A DNA stretch of 64,000 nucleotides from Andalucia godoyi And28 (lineage: Eukaryota > Protista > Jakobida), in NCBI GenBank assembly GCA_009859145.1, contig VRVR01000051.1:64549-128548 (forward strand), written 5' to 3'. How positions within the stretch are numbered: position 1 is the stretch's first letter; every line of letters begins with the position of its first letter. Below are positions 59,132 through 64,000 of the stretch, piece by piece. Made by a program: the position numbers and the translations under genes. Below the pieces are notes generated by a model. The model did no database searches and was not told where the DNA came from. It saw only the letters and a list, made by a program, of their open reading frames with translations.

Positions 59132-60997
59132 TTAAGCAGAAGGAGAGGCAGGGGTCGCCATGCCTTGCAGACGGATGTCAGAAGGAGTGCGAGGGGGCGT
59201 GGAAAGCACCGTGGAATCGTCAAGCGACCTGTTCGGTTTCTTCTGTGGTGTTTGCGGCTCTTCCGAATCATTTTTCGAGCCAGTCCTCTCCGTCGGCTGA
59301 TCGTGCTGCGGGTTGAAATTGAGCACGTCTGACAGTGGATACACACCAGGAGAGGTCTCGGAAGAAGACGCCGTCACGCACTCGACAGGAAGATACTCCG
59401 CAGCAACACCCGGTTTCACCCAAAAATGTAATTTTGCATCCATACACTGCACGACCAAAAAGTCGGAATAAACAGCCAAACCGCAGATTGGAGCATCTGC
59501 AACCTGACCGCTAAAAAGTGGTTCAAGATGAAATAGAAGTCCTGCTGCAGTGGATTGAAACATGCTTGTGTGAACAGACGAAGCTAGGGACTGAACAGAA
59601 GACGATGAGCGCCGCATTTGAGACGCTGCAACTCCAGGCGAGCGGGGGTCAGGAAAATCCGATGGCGAAAATTCCCACCCAAACAGTTGGCCATCTTGCC
59701 CCACTGACAAGAGCCTGTACATCGATCTATTCGCTGAGTCTGGCGCCTGCGGTGATGCCAGGGCGTCGAAGGACAGATTCGACACAAATGCAGAGTGTGC
59801 TTGGCCTTGGGCTACGAGGGTGCATGCGGATGGCCCATTATCAAACACGCAAACGAGATCATCCTGTCCTCCGGTTGCCAAATACTTTGAATCGGCAGAC
59901 CAAGCACAGCACAGGAAGCCACCATAGTATGAATGACAAACACGTTCTTGCGCACAAACAGCAGTCACTGAGCCGGAAGACTGTTGGGACTGTGCCACAA
60001 TGGACTTGAAGTCCAGAGGGTGAACGTACAGAAGACCAGAAGAACAGCAAACCGCCAGGTACTTTGCGTTCGGCGAGACCGCCATTGCAGAAATTCTCGA
60101 GTGGACAGACCATCTCCACATCGGATTTGTCCTGGTGGAGTGCTTTTGCAAAGTGATCTGCGATTTTCTGCGGGTATGCCGAATGTGAGCCGGGACCGAA
60201 GATCCAATGGATCCAGGTGAAGACGTAGAAAAAGTCGACGATGAGGGGCTTGGACTTGGAATCTGCAGGCCGCCGTCTGAGTGAACAGCATCATTCATGA
60301 CGGATTCTGATGTTGATCTTGAAACTGAGCTGCCGGAAGACCGCATTGCCATCTGTACATCTTCTGGTCTCGCACGATCGTACATATATACATTTCCAGA
60401 TTCATGAGCAACAACAAACAATGACGGAGAAATCCACGAGACAGCCACAACTTTTGACGAATCAACATTTCCCTCCTGATTGAAACATCGGGTATAGGCA
60501 TGCGGCGATGCAATAGGATTATGAATGACCACGTCTCCAGATTCGAAGCCAATCAGCAGCTCCAGAGGACGAGCAGGATTTGGGGCATGGCACGTCGGAG
60601 CAACCGTGAACTTGACGTCATGCTGAGCGTCTTCGTTTGAAATATTAAAAATGGAGAATATAGAATCATGAAAGCAAGAGATCAGGATATGGGTCGAAGC
60701 ACTGGCAGGAGCAGCCTCTCCAGATGTGGAGGAGCACAAAGATGAAAAAGATGACTGCGACAAATCTATATCTTTGAACGTTTTGGATAGTTTTCTCTTC
60801 GGATCATGATCCAGGTCGTGTTCCGACGGCGCTGCAGGGACCGAAATTGCAGAGCAAGAAACCGTACCTCCTCTGAAAATCGCCCCTCCTCTCTTTCGAT
60901 AGTTTTGCGAAGCAGGAAGCGTGAGTTCGTGTCGGAGAACAAATGTCCCTTCTGGAGAGACAATGCGATCACTTGACTTCGAACCAGCAGCATTCAT
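59132..60997 (-). CDS. WD40 protein, WDR20/DMWD/CreC-like (deubiquitinase cofactor family)
   Basis: LLIGFESGDV, SYYGGFLCCAWSADSKYLATGGQDDLV, GQAHSAFVSNLSF and YRLLSVGQDGQL motifs. Confidence 0.8.
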   Translation of the reverse strand: MNAAGSKSSDRIVSPEGTFVLRHELTLPASQNYRKRGGAIFRGGTVSCSAISVPAAPSEHDLDHDPKRKLSKTFKDIDLSQSSFSSLCSSTSGEAAPASASTHILISCFHDSIFSIFNISNEDAQHDVKFTVAPTCHAPNPARPLELLIGFESGDVVIHNPIASPHAYTRCFNQEGNVDSSKVVAVSWISPSLFVVAHESGNVYMYDRARPEDVQMAMRSSGSSVSRSTSESVMNDAVHSDGGLQIPSPSPSSSTFSTSSPGSIGSSVPAHIRHTRRKSQITLQKHSTRTNPMWRWSVHSRISAMAVSPNAKYLAVCCSSGLLYVHPLDFKSIVAQSQQSSGSVTAVCAQERVCHSYYGGFLCCAWSADSKYLATGGQDDLVCVFDNGPSACTLVAQGQAHSAFVSNLSFDALASPQAPDSANRSMYRLLSVGQDGQLFGWEFSPSDFPDPRSPGVAASQMRRSSSSVQSLASSVHTSMFQSTAAGLLFHLEPLFSGQVADAPICGLAVYSDFLVVQCMDAKLHFWVKPGVAAEYLPVECVTASSSETSPGVYPLSDVLNFNPQHDQPTERTGSKNDSEEPQTPQKKPNRSLDDSTVLSTPPRTPSDIRLQGMATPASPSA

Positions 60998-61584
60998 TGT
61001 GTTTTCCAAACTCTATTCTATGCGACCAAGTCTTGGCAGACGATCGAGACTAATTGATGATTGTATTACGGGTGAGAACAACAAAACCCCAGCAAGGTTT
61101 CCAACACAGAAAAGTCGAACATCATTCGATGTCAAAGAAGGCACTTGGTCGCCAATCTTCGACATGGGAATTTTCTTCTTTCCTCAAACAAGGAATCGTC
61201 AGCACATTTTTTCCCTTGCCACAACCGGGAAGCGTGTTTTTTGTGCTTTGTGCTCTTTGGGCGTACGCTGATAGCTTCCACGGAGTTGTCGGACAGCACG
61301 CTCTTTCAATAAAAGCCCACACTGGGATTTGAAGGACACCTCTCAGCCGTCAAGGACTATGGTGGCTTGAGAACGATGGGAAAAAACGTGGGCTGTTTGC
61401 ACATCGAATCCGCACCCGCTGAGTACTCGCTTGCCGAAAGCACATGGCGTCTGAGTTGTGATAAACGACAGTCCAAGCGTTTTTTTCCAAGTTGCTTCTT
61501 TTCCCCCTCCTCTAGCGCCCTCCTCCCCTTCTTCTCCGTGGCCCCCTCACACCGCCTGTGAGCCTTCATGGCCTCATGCCGCAC

Positions 61585-62321
61585 AATAGTAACATGTCAT
61601 TGTCATGCATACGGAAGGAAGTACACATAAACAGACATGGTCAATACTGGCCGACAGTAGCACGTTTGCTTCACAGGAATCCGTGCTTACGCACGCTCGG
61701 CCAGAATTCAGCCGGTGACACAGGCTCCGCATTTTCGACACTCTTTAACGCAGCATCCGTAGCCATCTATTCTACCATTCGTTGGTTTCACTTTTTTTGG
61801 TTTCACTCTTTTATTCAAATATGGGCGTGAGTGCGCTGGGATGACACATTCGCCTACCGCCGAGTCGCAGCGCACTGCCAAGAGGCGAACTTCCAAGACA
61901 CGATCTCTAATCCCCAGCACGCAGGGCAGCCAACCCAAGCAGAAGCCTCAGGCACTGTCTCTTGCAGAAACTCTTGGTTTTCTGCTACGATGCACCAGGC
62001 GCAGGCGCAGTTGCAAAAGCCCCACCGTCTTCCTGCCGCCTCTTCCTCTCGCATCTCCAGGTGCATCAATCGCTGCAACTGAGGACACGAAAGAGCGCCT
62101 GCTGCTAGGACCGTCAGCATCAAAATGCACCCTTCTCAGGAACCACGTGTCATGCTGAGAAAGTGGCTCACCGATTGATCGAGATTGGGAACGGAGCGCG
62201 GAGCATCTATCTGAAGAACGCCGTGAGACGTGTTGGAGCCGATCCCCTTCCCGGCAGCGGGATGCAAGATTGAATATGCATGTCTATTCGTAGATATGCA
62301 TGTTACTGTATAATGTAGGCG
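61585..62321 (+). mobile_element. Non-autonomous Fanzor2/TnpB-derived element, copy B
   Basis: Matches copy A at the left end, at RTVSIKMHPSQEPRVMLRKWL, at the identical deletion junction and at the 3' hairpins. Right end CTGTATAATGTAGGCG. Confidence 0.8.
62217..62321 (+). ncRNA. Putative omegaRNA scaffold of copy B
   Basis: Terminal hairpin identical to copy A (62278-62299) plus the upstream stems. Expression not shown. Confidence 0.5.
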
Positions 62322-62533
62322 CACGAGTGCTGCAACGCATATTTCCAAATTCGGAAAATTGCCGCTTCAATGTATTTTTGGAACCACTCGAACAACGTTT
62401 CAAAAAAGAATCTCGAGCAACACATCTTCCGGAGCGCCGTCTCCTGGACAACGCGTTTTCTGCACAACTCCTTTCTTTTTCCTCCTCCCACTTTTCCTTC
62501 GTCCTTGCTCCAAATCCAAGTAAGTACTGTCAA

Positions 62534-63565
62534 ATGCCGCATTACGTTCCAATCAGTCGAAGCTTCCACCTGAGCCGCGGCGAAGCCTACGCGCATGCAG
62601 ATCGAGCGGTTTGTTCCTCCAGCGTCCAAGAACGACTTGAACCGCATCACATCCAAGTTACGGTGATGGGGACGATTCTGTTTCGGCCTTCAGGTTACTC
62701 TGCAGAATCACATTTCGACGTTTCAAGTCGCCGTCGCCGCAGCACTGCCAACTCGCATGATCACTCTCTCGAAATGTTCACCAGCGTTGGATATCCACGC
62801 AGTTTCCTTGAGCACCAAGTCTGCCGGCTTCTCATGTTTGTGGACTGTGTCGACGCGAAGCTCCAGCTGCTGACTGCCCCATGTTCTGCGGACCACTTGC
62901 AGAGCCCGCATGAATCAATGCAAACTGCATTCAAGAATCAAGCTGGAATGAACGTCGGATTTTCAGAGGAGGACCACGTGTTTTCTGTTGTTGAGCGAGC
63001 ATCCCTCGTATCTAGTCACATTGGGGGCCTGCATATGGATGCTGAGCAGCCTTCTTCGTACAAGGAAGGCGTCGAAATCATCCATGTGTATGTGAAGGTC
63101 AGCGACAAACCGCTGGATTCATTTTTGCCGCTTTCTACAGAAGTTCATTCGTATGGGTCCTCTCTGTTGAGGAAGATCATCGGGACTTCTGGCGTCCTAG
63201 AGGAATCCGACAACGTGCAAGAAATTGTCCGAGTATATGGAAATGCGCAGATTCCACTTTTTCTTGATCGAACTTCCGGTCTCCCTTCCTATTTGAATGG
63301 ATTTACGTCCTCAAGAGCCCATGTTACAAGGCAAATTGTGCAACTGGTGCTGACTAGGTGCTCTGTGGCTTCGGTTGCGCAACTGCGGATGCTCCTTGCG
63401 TATGCCGGTGCAGCAGAAAAGGCGATTCTCGATCTCGAGTCGACACCGGAACAGAAGAAGAAGATCGACGAAGATGCTGAAGAGTGGGACGCGTGGTGTG
63501 CCCTAGAGGGAGTCGAAGACGTCATGCATGCGCCTGTCATCAGCGGTGCCAAGATTCTGCTTTAG
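62534..63565 (+). CDS. Hypothetical protein
   Basis: 343-aa ORF from ATG 62534 with globular composition; no motif recognised. Confidence 0.7.
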   Translation: MPHYVPISRSFHLSRGEAYAHADRAVCSSSVQERLEPHHIQVTVMGTILFRPSGYSAESHFDVSSRRRRSTANSHDHSLEMFTSVGYPRSFLEHQVCRLLMFVDCVDAKLQLLTAPCSADHLQSPHESMQTAFKNQAGMNVGFSEEDHVFSVVERASLVSSHIGGLHMDAEQPSSYKEGVEIIHVYVKVSDKPLDSFLPLSTEVHSYGSSLLRKIIGTSGVLEESDNVQEIVRVYGNAQIPLFLDRTSGLPSYLNGFTSSRAHVTRQIVQLVLTRCSVASVAQLRMLLAYAGAAEKAILDLESTPEQKKKIDEDAEEWDAWCALEGVEDVMHAPVISGAKILL

Positions 63566-63785
63566 GGAGTTTATGTTTGTAAATTCTCGATTTTTTCCAG
63601 TTCGTGCATGCCTTTCATTTCGTGCAGTTTTCCGTTTCCTTTTGACTTGGAATACCTTGATGGTACAGTATTTGTCCTGTTTATTTCACTTGTACGCTGC
63701 ATTCTTTGGAAGTTCGGACATGGAGGAAGAGGGGAGCAGCAGGAGCAGGAGCAGGAGCAGGAGCCGGAGCAGGATGTTGGGTTCT

Positions 63786-63998
63786 TCAGTGCTCCTCTGT
63801 GCATCCTTCTCGAAAGATCGTCGTTTTCGGAGTCGATATAGCGGACACTAGAATGTCAACAGCAGAGCCACCAGGATAATGCTGCGTCACCACCTGCAAT
63901 CCAGAAATTAGAAATGCAAGATTGGTATCGATTACGCCGTCCACTGAAAAGTCTGCTGGATAACTGGACGTGCTGCTGCTATTCCAACAAGAAAGAGA
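63786..63998 (-). CDS. Possible 3' end of a gene entering from the right edge
   Basis: Open minus-strand frame from the window edge to TGA at 63786-63788 (...VDILVSAISTPKTTIFREGCTEEH*). Confidence 0.3.
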   Translation of the reverse strand, partial: SLSCWNSSSTSSYPADFSVDGVIDTNLAFLISGLQVVTQHYPGGSAVDILVSAISTPKTTIFREGCTEEH

Positions 63999-64000
63999 GG

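Noticed and set aside
976-62321. Five of six Fanzor remnants are co-oriented with the next downstream gene
   Set aside because: The sample is too small to distinguish from chance in a gene-dense genome.
62300-62533. 78-aa N-terminal extension of the 62300-63565 ORF starting inside element B
   Set aside because: Starts at a codon within the transposon end and reads through T-rich promoter-like sequence; ATG 62534 is more plausible.
1-64000. Alternative genetic code, rRNA, tRNA or CRISPR-cas loci
   Set aside because: All three stop codons terminate conserved genes; no rRNA, tRNA cloverleaf or cas gene was recognised.

Overview
Eukaryotic, gene-dense, apparently intron-free protist-type DNA in the standard genetic code (TAA, TAG and TGA all end long ORFs). 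The layout resembles compact free-living protist genomes such as jakobids; this is inference only. About 20 intact CDSs are present: an NSUN2/Trm4 tRNA m5C methyltransferase, ATP11, a formin, a DH-PH RhoGEF, a MROH/Maestro HEAT protein, an LPCAT-type acyltransferase, Erg28, DPY30, a GIGYF-like GYF protein, a DUF936/CORD-like protein, a FadB/FadJ-type beta-oxidation enzyme ending in PTS1 (AKL), a PhnX-like phosphonatase, a DUF547 protein, a WDR20-like WD40 protein and several hypotheticals. Two features stand out. (1) Six intergenic, non-autonomous remnants of a Fanzor2/TnpB-type element (about one per 10 kb) have lost most of the nuclease but keep the RuvC-III motif (IDRDWNGARNI-like), a covarying multi-hairpin 3' segment that looks like an omegaRNA scaffold, and a shared right end. 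(2) Two convergent, giant (1.7-2.0k aa) single-pass membrane proteins are built like phage/giant-virus tail fibres and are densely loaded with N-glycosylation sequons. All family assignments come from motif recognition by eye; no database search was run.
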